A DNA stretch of 64,000 nt from Schmidtea polychroa. Taxonomy: Eukaryota. The notes under the pieces were generated by a model. The model made no database searches, was not told where the DNA came from, and saw only the letters and a program-made list of their open reading frames with translations. This document shows positions 29,391 through 38,208 of this stretch, in pieces (the first letter of the stretch is position 1; each line of letters begins with the position of its first letter). The stretch is taken from the NCBI GenBank assembly GCA_044892525.1, contig CM097885.1, forward strand, positions 24,616,001 to 24,680,000, read 5' to 3'. The translations under genes and the position numbers were made by a program.

Positions 29391-29637
29391 TGGATTTTTT
29401 GTCATTTTTTAGACTATAAATAATCGATTCAAGTTCTTTAACTCTTTCCTGTAATTGTTTCATTTTCTTCAATCTTATATCAGCAACATCTACAGCCTTC
29501 ATATAAAAATGTCGATACTTTTCATTATCTACCATCAACTCTTTGATGTATTCTAATGGTTCTTCTTCTCTTCTTTTCATTCTCTTATGTTTAACTTCAT
29601 TCAATTCATTTCTCATTCTTTCTTTTAACTCATCCAT
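29383..29637 (-). CDS. Small charged coiled-coil protein of the Polinton
   Basis: 84-aa ORF with AAAAATGG start context; its stop lies inside the TIR. Confidence 0.6.
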   Translation of the reverse strand: MDELKERMRNELNEVKHKRMKRREEEPLEYIKELMVDNEKYRHFYMKAVDVADIRLKKMKQLQERVKELESIIYSLKNDKKSKP

Positions 29638-29807
29638 TTTTATAAATATTTTTTTATTGGATATATTAATTTTTGGTAGCTTAAGTTAAAACGTTTTTGA
29701 TCTTAAATTTCCAAGAGTTGCCGTTGACCAATCTCCTTAAAAATTTGTACAAGTACTAAATCAAGTATGCTGATCAATATTTCGTTAAAAAAAAATTTAA
29801 AAAAAAA

Positions 29808-29880
29808 TGACCGAAATGGGATTTGAACCCATTGGTATTGGCAATGCAGTCGAGTGCTATTACCACTAAGCTATACTCAA
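29808..29880 (-). ncRNA. tRNA-derived Pol III-type cassette C (Cys-like)
   Basis: GTATAGCTTAGTGGTAATAGCACTCGACTGCA; perfect T arm ATGGG-TTCAAAT-CCCAT; T9 terminator. Confidence 0.7.
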
Positions 29881-30041
29881 TATAAAATAAGTTGTTAATG
29901 TGTGACTATTTATTGATGAAATTAATAATTAATTATTCATTTTCTCGACAACTACCACTCAGATCCATCTGAAAATTTAAATATATACTAAAATCAGTAC
30001 GCTGAATCAGATTCCGTTGAAAAAAAAATATCGAAAAAAAT

Positions 30042-30115
30042 TGACCAAAATCGAAAATTGAACCCGGTACTCCCGGTGATAAAATTGAAGCCTATTCCCA
30101 CTCCGCTATAATGGC
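30042..30115 (-). ncRNA. tRNA-derived cassette D (degenerate paralog of C)
   Basis: A box TAGCGGAGTGG; B box GGGTTCAATT; ends GGTCA plus T7; internal T4 runs. Confidence 0.5.
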
Positions 30116-30171
30116 TTACATAATATATTTAATTAATCCTATTTTGTGTGTGTAAATTTTAATATATAAAA

Positions 30172-31458
30172 ATGAATAATATAAAAATTCAAGAAAAAAA
30201 TAAATTAAATCTTGATTATAATAAAGAATTTACTCATGAAATCAAGAAAAATGATGTACTTAAAATATCCCCTACGTCAGGATCGATTGCAAACTTAAAT
30301 CGTAGGGGTGATATAGTTTTTCAATCTCTTCAAACATCAAACCCTATAGATATTTGTAATGCCAAATTATATTATAAAATCGAATTAGAAATTGAAGCAA
30401 ACAAAGATATAACCCTAGAAAATAATTTCTTTCCAAATTTATTCTCCAACATGAGATTAAAACTAGGATCATCAGAAATTGAAACTGTTTTGCATCCGGG
30501 AGTATATTCTACAATGTTAAATTTTATTTTGACTGGTTGTGATTATAAAAACGAATATGGTGAATTAACAGGTTGGATTCCTGATGTTAATAAAGGGGAT
30601 TTAGATAAAGATGGTTTAGATGTAAACCATGGTTACCATAAAAGAGCTGAACTTTATAAATCTAAAAAATTTGAAGGTTATTTTGAATTAAAACACTTGT
30701 TTGGATTCCTTCAAAACTATAATCGTATACTTCATAATGTTTTTATAGAATTCATCTGTAATAGAGTAGAAGGTGATAAAAGATTGTTCTATGGAGCTGT
30801 AGATACAAAAGCTAAATTAAAATTATCAACACTTGAATTACATATACCTGAATGGACATTAAACCCACATTCTGAGATTAAACTCCTTGAAAGATTAAAT
30901 TCCAACAAGTCTATAAATGTAAATTATTTAAATAGAATCTGTAGTGAATTTAGTATGACAGAGGGTTCAACATATTCTATAAAGGTAGCAAATTTAGCAT
31001 ACCGACCAAGATATATCTTGATTGGATTCAAAGAAGTAGATTCATCTTTCCAAAAAAATAACAACTTGTTTATTCAAAAGATTGGAGTTGATAATTTAAA
31101 AACAATCCAAATTCAATTAAATAGTTCTTATTATCCAATAAATAGAATGGAATTTAATATTGAAAATAATGAAAACATATTCCCATATCTAAATTATATT
31201 GAAACATGTTATGATTTCAAAGTTGAACCGCAATTAAGTTTAGAAGATTTCAAAAATTTATATTCTATATTTTGTATAAATGTTTCAGACCAAGATGATC
31301 GCCTAGCCATAAATAATGTTGATGTTACACTTCATATAACAAAGGATTCTAATTTTAAAGCTAAAGTATATACATTAATATTAGAAGAAAAGAAAATAGA
31401 AATGAAATTATATGGTGGAAAGATTTCAATAATCGAAAATGTTAGGGGAGATTCTTGA
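30172..31458 (+). CDS. Major capsid protein (double jelly-roll)
   Basis: Intact 428 aa; LENNFFPNLFS...LGSSEIE and RPRYILIGF motifs; size and Polinton context. Confidence 0.82.
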   Translation: MNNIKIQEKNKLNLDYNKEFTHEIKKNDVLKISPTSGSIANLNRRGDIVFQSLQTSNPIDICNAKLYYKIELEIEANKDITLENNFFPNLFSNMRLKLGSSEIETVLHPGVYSTMLNFILTGCDYKNEYGELTGWIPDVNKGDLDKDGLDVNHGYHKRAELYKSKKFEGYFELKHLFGFLQNYNRILHNVFIEFICNRVEGDKRLFYGAVDTKAKLKLSTLELHIPEWTLNPHSEIKLLERLNSNKSINVNYLNRICSEFSMTEGSTYSIKVANLAYRPRYILIGFKEVDSSFQKNNNLFIQKIGVDNLKTIQIQLNSSYYPINRMEFNIENNENIFPYLNYIETCYDFKVEPQLSLEDFKNLYSIFCINVSDQDDRLAINNVDVTLHITKDSNFKAKVYTLILEEKKIEMKLYGGKISIIENVRGDS

Positions 31459-31487
31459 TATAATCCCTGATATTTTAACATTTTAAA

Positions 31488-31895
31488 ATGTCTCTAAATA
31501 AATATTGGAGATGTGAAAGTTGTAATTGTCAAGTTACAAGACATCATAAAGCAAGTCATTTAAAAACTAAAAAACATACAGGAGGTGATCTAATTCCACG
31601 AGCTGGAGGCGATTTGCAATCTTCAAAAACAACATCTTCAATATTAAAACCTTTTACTACAGAAAAATATCCAGGTGAAAGACATTTATTTAAACACAAC
31701 TATACTGGACCAGGAACACGTCTAGATATTAGATTAGATGAAAATAATAATCCCAAACAAGGAGAAGAACCAATAAATAGAATTGATCAAGCAGCTTTAA
31801 AACATGATATTGCTTACAATTCAACAAATCTTAGAGATAGAAATGTTGCAGATGTGAATTTAATACACGATTTAAATAATATACAAAATCCATGA
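31488..31895 (+). CDS. C2H2 zinc finger plus parvovirus-type phospholipase A2 domain (5' part of a likely fusion)
   Basis: CESC...HLKTKKH; YTGPG Ca-binding loop; DQAALKHDIAY catalytic HD. Confidence 0.88.
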   Translation: MSLNKYWRCESCNCQVTRHHKASHLKTKKHTGGDLIPRAGGDLQSSKTTSSILKPFTTEKYPGERHLFKHNYTGPGTRLDIRLDENNNPKQGEEPINRIDQAALKHDIAYNSTNLRDRNVADVNLIHDLNNIQNP

Positions 31896-31934
31896 ACTCA
31901 AGAAAAGATTCAAAGAGCTCTAGTTAAATTAGCA

Positions 31935-32897
31935 ATGAAAGGTAAGATTTTCATAGGCTTAGGACACAGTCCGATCACCATGGGTACAAGACTTCCTAGG
32001 AAAGCAAAAGATGTTGCTTATAAAAAGATTATCGAACAAGCAGAGATTGAAAGATCCCTCGGGAGTACAGCCAAGACTAGTTTACAAACCCCAACAGAAT
32101 CAGAAATAAAATATGCAAAGGAATTACACCATGAATTTAGAAAAAATAAAAAATATTTAAAAGTTCAAGTACATGAAAAAGATCAAACATGGTCTGCAGA
32201 TTTAGTCTTTATGCCCAAATCATCAGACCCTGAAAAATATAAAATAATTTTAACTGTAATAGATTTATATACAAGATTTGCTTTTGCAAGATGTTTAGAA
32301 AATAAAACAGGATATTCTATTACAGAAGCATTTGAAAATATATTTGAAGAAAATCAAAGAATCCCAAAATATTTATGGTGTGATAAAGGAACAGAATTTT
32401 ATAACAAAGTTTTTACAAAGTTTTTAAATGAAAATGATATTAAATTATATTCAACAGAAAACGAAGGAAAAGCAGTCGTAGTTGAAAGATTAAATAGAAC
32501 ATTAAAAAATAAAATGTGGAAATATTTTACTGCTATTGGAAAACAAAAATGGAACAATGAATTGTTACAAAAGATTGTAAATGAATATAATAATGATGTA
32601 CATAGTTCTATAAAATTAACACCTTTAAATGCTTCCATGAAGCCTGAAACCATTAAAGTGGTAAATATTGAAAATGATGTTATTGAAAAACCAAAGTTTA
32701 AAATTGGTGACCGAGTAAGAATATTTAAATATAAAAATAAATTTGAAAAAGGATTCACAGCAAAATGGACAAAGGAAATTTTTATTATAAATAAAATACA
32801 TTATACAACTCCAATAACATATAGCATCATTGATTTAAATAATGAAAAAATATTAGGTAGATTTTATAATAATGAACTACAGAAAACAGATTTTTAA
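31935..32897 (+). CDS. Retroviral-type (rve) DDE integrase
   Basis: WSADL, VIDLYTRFAF, CDKGTEF, VERLNRTLK and KFKIGDRVRI motifs. Confidence 0.95.
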   Translation: MKGKIFIGLGHSPITMGTRLPRKAKDVAYKKIIEQAEIERSLGSTAKTSLQTPTESEIKYAKELHHEFRKNKKYLKVQVHEKDQTWSADLVFMPKSSDPEKYKIILTVIDLYTRFAFARCLENKTGYSITEAFENIFEENQRIPKYLWCDKGTEFYNKVFTKFLNENDIKLYSTENEGKAVVVERLNRTLKNKMWKYFTAIGKQKWNNELLQKIVNEYNNDVHSSIKLTPLNASMKPETIKVVNIENDVIEKPKFKIGDRVRIFKYKNKFEKGFTAKWTKEIFIINKIHYTTPITYSIIDLNNEKILGRFYNNELQKTDF

Positions 32898-32908
32898 GTC
32901 GACAAGCC

Positions 32909-33700
32909 CTAAAACAAACTTTTCCATATTTCAGCTTCTTCTCTATCCAAATAAATATAATTATATTTTTCTTTCCAATGATTATCAACAAACATATCAA
33001 ACATATTCTTATCAGGTTCAACATTTGAAAATAAATCATTATAAATCATATTCTTATCACGGCGATCTAATTTAAAAAATATAAAACAATTGGAATTATT
33101 TCTTATTGAATTTTTATCTAAAGCATAATATGTTTGAGATATATAAATAACATTACAATTATTATGTCGACCTCGTGTAAAGTAACTCTTTTGAATCTCT
33201 TGATTTTTCATATTAACAACATCATCAAATATAACTAGATTCTTTTTATCTTTAGGAAGTAAATCACAATGTAAAACATCTTCAGGTTTATTAGAGAATA
33301 AAACTTGAATTGCCTCCTGCCCTTCTTCACAAATATAATCATTTTTATTACTAATATCTGATTCTAAAATCTTTTCCTTATACCAATCAACCATATCACA
33401 AGGTTGAAAAACTTCTTCAGGACACCTATGTTGATTTTTAAAAATATCAATTATTGCTTTTTTAGTTAATTTATTTTCAAATCCACATTTCAAAAGTTGT
33501 AATTCTGGTTGATTTATGGTTGTAGAATAAAAGATTAAATTATTATAATCTAAAAAATCATCTTCAAGTAACATTCTCAAAACAAGTACATTCTTTCCAC
33601 ATCCAGAAGAACCAACAATTAATAATCTAAAATTATCAGGAAATACTTTATTATTAAATTTACTCTTATGTCTATTTAAAATTGGTTTCCAAACATCCAT
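32909..33700 (-). CDS. A32/FtsK-like genome packaging ATPase
   Basis: Walker A GSSGCGKN, Walker B LVIFDD, RGRH motif; start taken at MDVWKP. Confidence 0.92.
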   Translation of the reverse strand: MDVWKPILNRHKSKFNNKVFPDNFRLLIVGSSGCGKNVLVLRMLLEDDFLDYNNLIFYSTTINQPELQLLKCGFENKLTKKAIIDIFKNQHRCPEEVFQPCDMVDWYKEKILESDISNKNDYICEEGQEAIQVLFSNKPEDVLHCDLLPKDKKNLVIFDDVVNMKNQEIQKSYFTRGRHNNCNVIYISQTYYALDKNSIRNNSNCFIFFKLDRRDKNMIYNDLFSNVEPDKNMFDMFVDNHWKEKYNYIYLDREEAEIWKSLF

Positions 33701-33715
33701 TTTGTTTATTATAAA

Positions 33716-34294
33716 ATGACAACTGAAGAATCTTTGCAAGAATTAATAAATTCAAATAAAATTAAATCAGTAGTAATTGATGGTAAAAAATATTTTATTG
33801 GAAAACATGTAAAAGAACAAGTTAGAGCGAAGCTCCACGAAGCTAAAGAAGGTGGCATTCTTCCATTAGCTGCTTTAATACCTGCAATCATTGCTGGTTT
33901 ATCAGGTGCTGCTGGAATAGCTGGAGGAATTGCAACTACAGTTCAAAAAGCTAAAGAATCTCAAAAGACAGACCTAGAAAAAGAAAAACTAAAAACTGAA
34001 ATCGATTCAATGAAGAAGGGAGGGCAAGCTAAAGGGGGAGTGTCCGTTGGAAAGGGTCTCTATCTTAATCCATATGAGGGGAGTCGGCAAAAGTCTCAGG
34101 GCAAAGGTCTCTATCTTAATCCTTATAAAGGTAGAGGTTTAAATGATTTTTTAAAAAATCAAATTTCTACATCTGAATCTTTATCTTCAAAAGATAAAGA
34201 AGATTTAAAAAAAATATGTAAATCTTTAAAGAATGGATGCCTTTGTAAAACTAAAAATGGTAAAGGATTATACTTGAAGCCCTTCGAACTATGA
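33716..34294 (+). CDS. Adenovirus pX-like virion core protein with GKGLYL repeats
   Basis: GGILPLAALIPAIIAGLSGAAGIA hydrophobic segment; three GKGLYL(N/K)P repeats. Confidence 0.7.
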   Translation: MTTEESLQELINSNKIKSVVIDGKKYFIGKHVKEQVRAKLHEAKEGGILPLAALIPAIIAGLSGAAGIAGGIATTVQKAKESQKTDLEKEKLKTEIDSMKKGGQAKGGVSVGKGLYLNPYEGSRQKSQGKGLYLNPYKGRGLNDFLKNQISTSESLSSKDKEDLKKICKSLKNGCLCKTKNGKGLYLKPFEL

Positions 34295-34316
34295 TACCAT
34301 TTTTGATACCATAAAA

Positions 34317-35189
34317 ATGGTATATGAAGAAAGATTAGCACTTTTAAAAAAATTACAATCAGAACAAGATAAATATAATAAAAAAGATACAACTCAACAT
34401 GCTGAATCTATAAAATTAAATGAGGTAATAACACAACAACAGGGGCCAACAATTAAAGCTATAAAAGAGTTGGAAGATTTCAATGAGCAAGCAAAATTTA
34501 AAGAGTTAGAAGATAAAAAACAAAAAATAAAAGAACTAGAGTGGCAGGATAAAGAAAAAGAATCCAGTGAAAACCATCCTGAAAGAAATCAAAGAAAACG
34601 CAGAAGAATTTCTAATGTGGAAGAAGAAGAAATGTTTTTAAAAACAAAACCTCTTAAAGTTGATCCTAAAATTAGAGATGATTTACCTCCTTCAATTAGA
34701 CCCACATTTAATACTAATACTGAAGGATATCAAATAATAACAATTAATAAACAAAACTTTACTTTATATTCAAATTCAGAAAATAAATCACGTATTCATT
34801 CACAAAATGTTTATAATAATGAATATTTAGACTTTGAATTTACAGATGATTTTTATAGATTACTTTGTGGATATTCTTCAGATGATGTTGAAGAAATTAA
34901 AAAATATTTAAATTTAATAAGATTAATAAGAGCTAGTTCTAAAGCAAAATATATTCAAGATTTAAAGAATTATTTAAATAAAAATGAAAAGGGTTATGTT
35001 GTTACAGAGGGAGAGGGTGAAGGTGGTAAACCAAATCCCATCAATCTTTTTATTGAATTAAGAAAACTATTAGCTGCAAGGAAAGCAGGACATAATAATT
35101 TAGATTCTGATATTTTAAAGATTTCTAAAGATTTGTTAAAACAAGGAATAATTTCAAAAGATAAATTTAATAAGTATACGAAGTTATAA
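34317..35189 (+). CDS. Polinton conserved hypothetical protein (possible core protein)
   Basis: Intact 290 aa; N-terminal coiled coil; GEG motif; C-terminal NPxxL...LLAARKAGHNN helix motif. Confidence 0.7.
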   Translation: MVYEERLALLKKLQSEQDKYNKKDTTQHAESIKLNEVITQQQGPTIKAIKELEDFNEQAKFKELEDKKQKIKELEWQDKEKESSENHPERNQRKRRRISNVEEEEMFLKTKPLKVDPKIRDDLPPSIRPTFNTNTEGYQIITINKQNFTLYSNSENKSRIHSQNVYNNEYLDFEFTDDFYRLLCGYSSDDVEEIKKYLNLIRLIRASSKAKYIQDLKNYLNKNEKGYVVTEGEGEGGKPNPINLFIELRKLLAARKAGHNNLDSDILKISKDLLKQGIISKDKFNKYTKL

Positions 35190-35211
35190 ATACGAAGTTT
35201 TAAAATACAAA

Positions 35212-35676
35212 ATGACTCCTTCAATATTAGATTTTTTAAAAACATTTGGAATAAATGCAAAAACAAATTTTGATTTAAAAGATTATGCAAATTATTTAAA
35301 TTTAAAAATTAAAATATTAATGAATGATGAATTATCAAGTCTGGAGAGTCCCCTGAATATAATAATCAATTATCAAAATTCAAATGAAAAAGGATCTCAT
35401 TGGGTTTGTATATATAAGAAATCTATCTACTTTGATTCTTTTGGGATTAAACCTACTAAAGAAGTTGAAGATTATCTCTTGAGGGGTTCTCCGATTGATT
35501 CCCCAAATGGTTATACTTTTAACTCTTTACAAGTTCAACCTTTGAATACTAAAATATGTGGTATTTTAAGTTTATATGTTTTGTATAGATTGAATAAGGG
35601 AGAGGGAAAGGGGCATACGCAGGATTTTGAATCTATAATTCAAGAAATTTATAATGATCTAGAATCTCTACTATAA
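35212..35676 (+). CDS. Adenain-like cysteine protease
   Basis: GSHWV, YFDSFG and Q...ICG (His-Asp-Gln-Cys). Confidence 0.92.
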   Translation: MTPSILDFLKTFGINAKTNFDLKDYANYLNLKIKILMNDELSSLESPLNIIINYQNSNEKGSHWVCIYKKSIYFDSFGIKPTKEVEDYLLRGSPIDSPNGYTFNSLQVQPLNTKICGILSLYVLYRLNKGEGKGHTQDFESIIQEIYNDLESLL

Positions 35677-35724
35677 GGATTTTTACTATAAGGATTTTTA
35701 CTATATGAATTTACTACTAAAGAA

Positions 35725-36489
35725 ATGGAGCTTCACAACCCTCCGGAAGATAATTTAAAAAAAATGGTAAACATAATGTCAGATAAATATTCAAGAACTT
35801 TATCTATAAATTCAAAAGAATCAGACTTTACTATAAACTTTCAAGATTCAATTAAATTAGATCAAAATTTAAATTATGAATTGGGGCTATTATGGTTTTG
35901 TGCTTATAATACTATTTTTAATATAACTAAAGATAATAATAAATTTACTATTCAAACTCGTGATGGGCATAAACCAGAAATTATAACAATAGAACCTGGG
36001 GCTTATGAGATAAAAGATTTAAATGATATACTTTCTAAAAAAACAAATGAAGGTATTAAAATTAAAATGGATATACCAACTTCAAAATGTGTAATGACTT
36101 TGAAGAATATAAAAATTAGTTTTTTAGATAATTGTTTCTTTCACACAGTTTTAGGATTTAAACCTATGGATATAACAATAAAAGAAGATAAAATAATAAC
36201 ATCAGAACATATTATAAAAATAATAAATACAAACACAATAAATATTCATTGCGATTGTATAACAGGTTCTTATAATAATGGTAAACAAACAAATGTTTTA
36301 TATTCCTTTCCCTCAAACACAGTTCCTATGGGATATAAAATAGTTGAAAGAATGAATCCTCCAAATTATTTACCTTTATGTAGAAAATATATAATGGATA
36401 TTAATTTTAAAATTCTTAATCAAGAAGGAGAATTGATTGATTTTAATGGAGAAGAGATTTCAATGTATTTACATTTGAAACAGGTTTGA
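35725..36489 (+). CDS. Minor capsid (penton) protein
   Basis: IEPGAY, INIHCDCI, YLPL and ILNQEGELIDFNGE...LHLK motifs. Confidence 0.85.
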   Translation: MELHNPPEDNLKKMVNIMSDKYSRTLSINSKESDFTINFQDSIKLDQNLNYELGLLWFCAYNTIFNITKDNNKFTIQTRDGHKPEIITIEPGAYEIKDLNDILSKKTNEGIKIKMDIPTSKCVMTLKNIKISFLDNCFFHTVLGFKPMDITIKEDKIITSEHIIKIINTNTINIHCDCITGSYNNGKQTNVLYSFPSNTVPMGYKIVERMNPPNYLPLCRKYIMDINFKILNQEGELIDFNGEEISMYLHLKQV

Positions 36490-36513
36490 AGATTCATTTT
36501 AAATTATTAATAA

Positions 36514-37524
36514 ATGAGTTCTTATATTCCATGTAATAGAGGTGGTGGAACAATAAAAACAGGGTTTAATACAGAAGAAATATTAACTTTAACAGAAAAT
36601 AAATATATTAATGAAAGAGGTGATTCAATGAAGAGTGATTTAATTTTAAATGGACACAAGATAAAAGAATTATCTTTTCCAACTGATGAAGCTGATGCAG
36701 TTAATAAGAAATATGTAGATGGTGTTAAAAAATATACTGATTTACCAACAACAAGAATTGAAAGTTCATTAACAACAAAAATTGATTCAATGGAATCAAA
36801 GCTTAATAATATCGAACAACGATTTAATGATAAATTTGACAAGTTACAAAGTCTGTTAACTGAACAAGTTGTAAAGTTAAATACTGCTATATTAAATTCT
36901 AAAGATAAACAAATTATGAATACTAAATTTAATATAATATATAAAATAATAAATGAGATGATTACATCATTTAATAAAAGAATTTCAAATTTAGAGTCTC
37001 GTGGAACACACATTAACACCACACATAGTATTAGAAAAAGAGCTGCTGAATTAGAACAGAATAAAACATTATTACCCCATACATATAAACATTTTATAGA
37101 ACCAAGTTTAATAACAACAAACAGTAAAGAATGGGGTGTTTTTATGGTTGTAAAAATTATTGATCCTTATTTCTTTTTGTTTGATGATGATAATGAAAGA
37201 ATGAAATGGTTTGTGAAATGTAATTATAATAGTAAGCTTGAAAAGGGTGATGTTATAATGACTAGTTATGATTTACCACACGGAGATTGGTATGTTAATA
37301 CTCATTCACATGGACTACATAAAGTTAAAAGTAAGAATATTCATTTTTCTAGTTCACTTGTACAATATATAGATTTAATATTTTATGAAAAAAAGGTTGA
37401 TGTTGATGAAGTTCGTAAAGCATTGAGAGAATTGTATAAAGATATCCTCTCAACAAGAGTTTCTTTTGATATCCGAGTATTGGTGCCAGATGGTGCTCAG
37501 AAGAATAAAGTCTTATTTTTTTAA
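36514..37524 (+). CDS. Putative fibre/spike protein
   Basis: GDSMKSDLILNGHKIKEL..P...DAVNKKYVD trimer-stalk-like motif, then coiled coil and a globular C-terminus; directly follows the penton gene. Confidence 0.55.
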   Translation: MSSYIPCNRGGGTIKTGFNTEEILTLTENKYINERGDSMKSDLILNGHKIKELSFPTDEADAVNKKYVDGVKKYTDLPTTRIESSLTTKIDSMESKLNNIEQRFNDKFDKLQSLLTEQVVKLNTAILNSKDKQIMNTKFNIIYKIINEMITSFNKRISNLESRGTHINTTHSIRKRAAELEQNKTLLPHTYKHFIEPSLITTNSKEWGVFMVVKIIDPYFFLFDDDNERMKWFVKCNYNSKLEKGDVIMTSYDLPHGDWYVNTHSHGLHKVKSKNIHFSSSLVQYIDLIFYEKKVDVDEVRKALRELYKDILSTRVSFDIRVLVPDGAQKNKVLFF

Positions 37525-37532
37525 TTATTAAA

Positions 37533-38114
37533 ATGGAAGAAGTAAGAGAAGAAAAAATTTACCCAGAATTGAGATCATCAGGATATTATTCTTCCAAGGC
37601 CTCGGCTCCCACAGAACTTGAAATTATGAGAGTAAAAGAATTTAAATCAGAAACCTTACATTTATAAGATTTATTAAAGCATTATAAAAAAATTAAAAAT
37701 AGATGGAATAAAGGGAATACAGTTTTAAAAGTTATAGGTTATTCTTTAGGATTTGCATCTGCAATATTAACAGTTATTTTACCCATAACTTAACCAGTTG
37801 TTACTCTTGCACCTGTAATACTTGGAAGTATTTCTGTGGCTGATGGTTTCTTAACTGAAATAGTTTCATTATCTTATACTTCTAAAAAGAAAAGTTTATA
37901 TAGAGAAGTTTGTTTATCAATAGAATTATTTTTATTTCAATTAAAAGCTTTGGAAGATGGAATCCTGACAGACGAAGAAATAATCAAATCAAATCAAATA
38001 ATACAAGATATAAAGAATGAGGTTATAAGATTAAAAAGGGAGGGCATGGTGGCTAATGTTATAAGTAATAAAAAAACATCTCGAGAAAAATGGTTAAAGA
38101 ATTCTTACTTATAA
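37533..38114 (+). pseudogene. Membrane-hairpin protein (adintovirus GasderminX-like) with two in-frame stops
   Basis: MEEVREEKIYPEL...ASAP, two hydrophobic helices; TAA at 37665 and 37791; in frame with the 37836 ORF. Confidence 0.7.
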
Positions 38115-38208
38115 AATGGGTGTATTTTTAAAAAAGTAGATCAGGTTGCTATAGTTGCTTAAATTAATTGTCGACATTTTATTATTAAAAAATTAAATAT
38201 CGTTGGTT

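Larger units (their letters stand above)
28501..29411 (+). repeat. Left TIR of the Polinton (~911 bp)
   Basis: Reverse complement of 42580-43523. Confidence 0.95.

Noticed and set aside
29067..30115. Functional translational tRNA genes
   Set aside because: Anticodon stems do not pair and most acceptor stems are broken, so they are called tRNA-derived only.
30160..38120. Poxvirus-like TAAATG late promoter before the viral genes
   Set aside because: AAAATG is indistinguishable from an ordinary A-rich start context in this genome.
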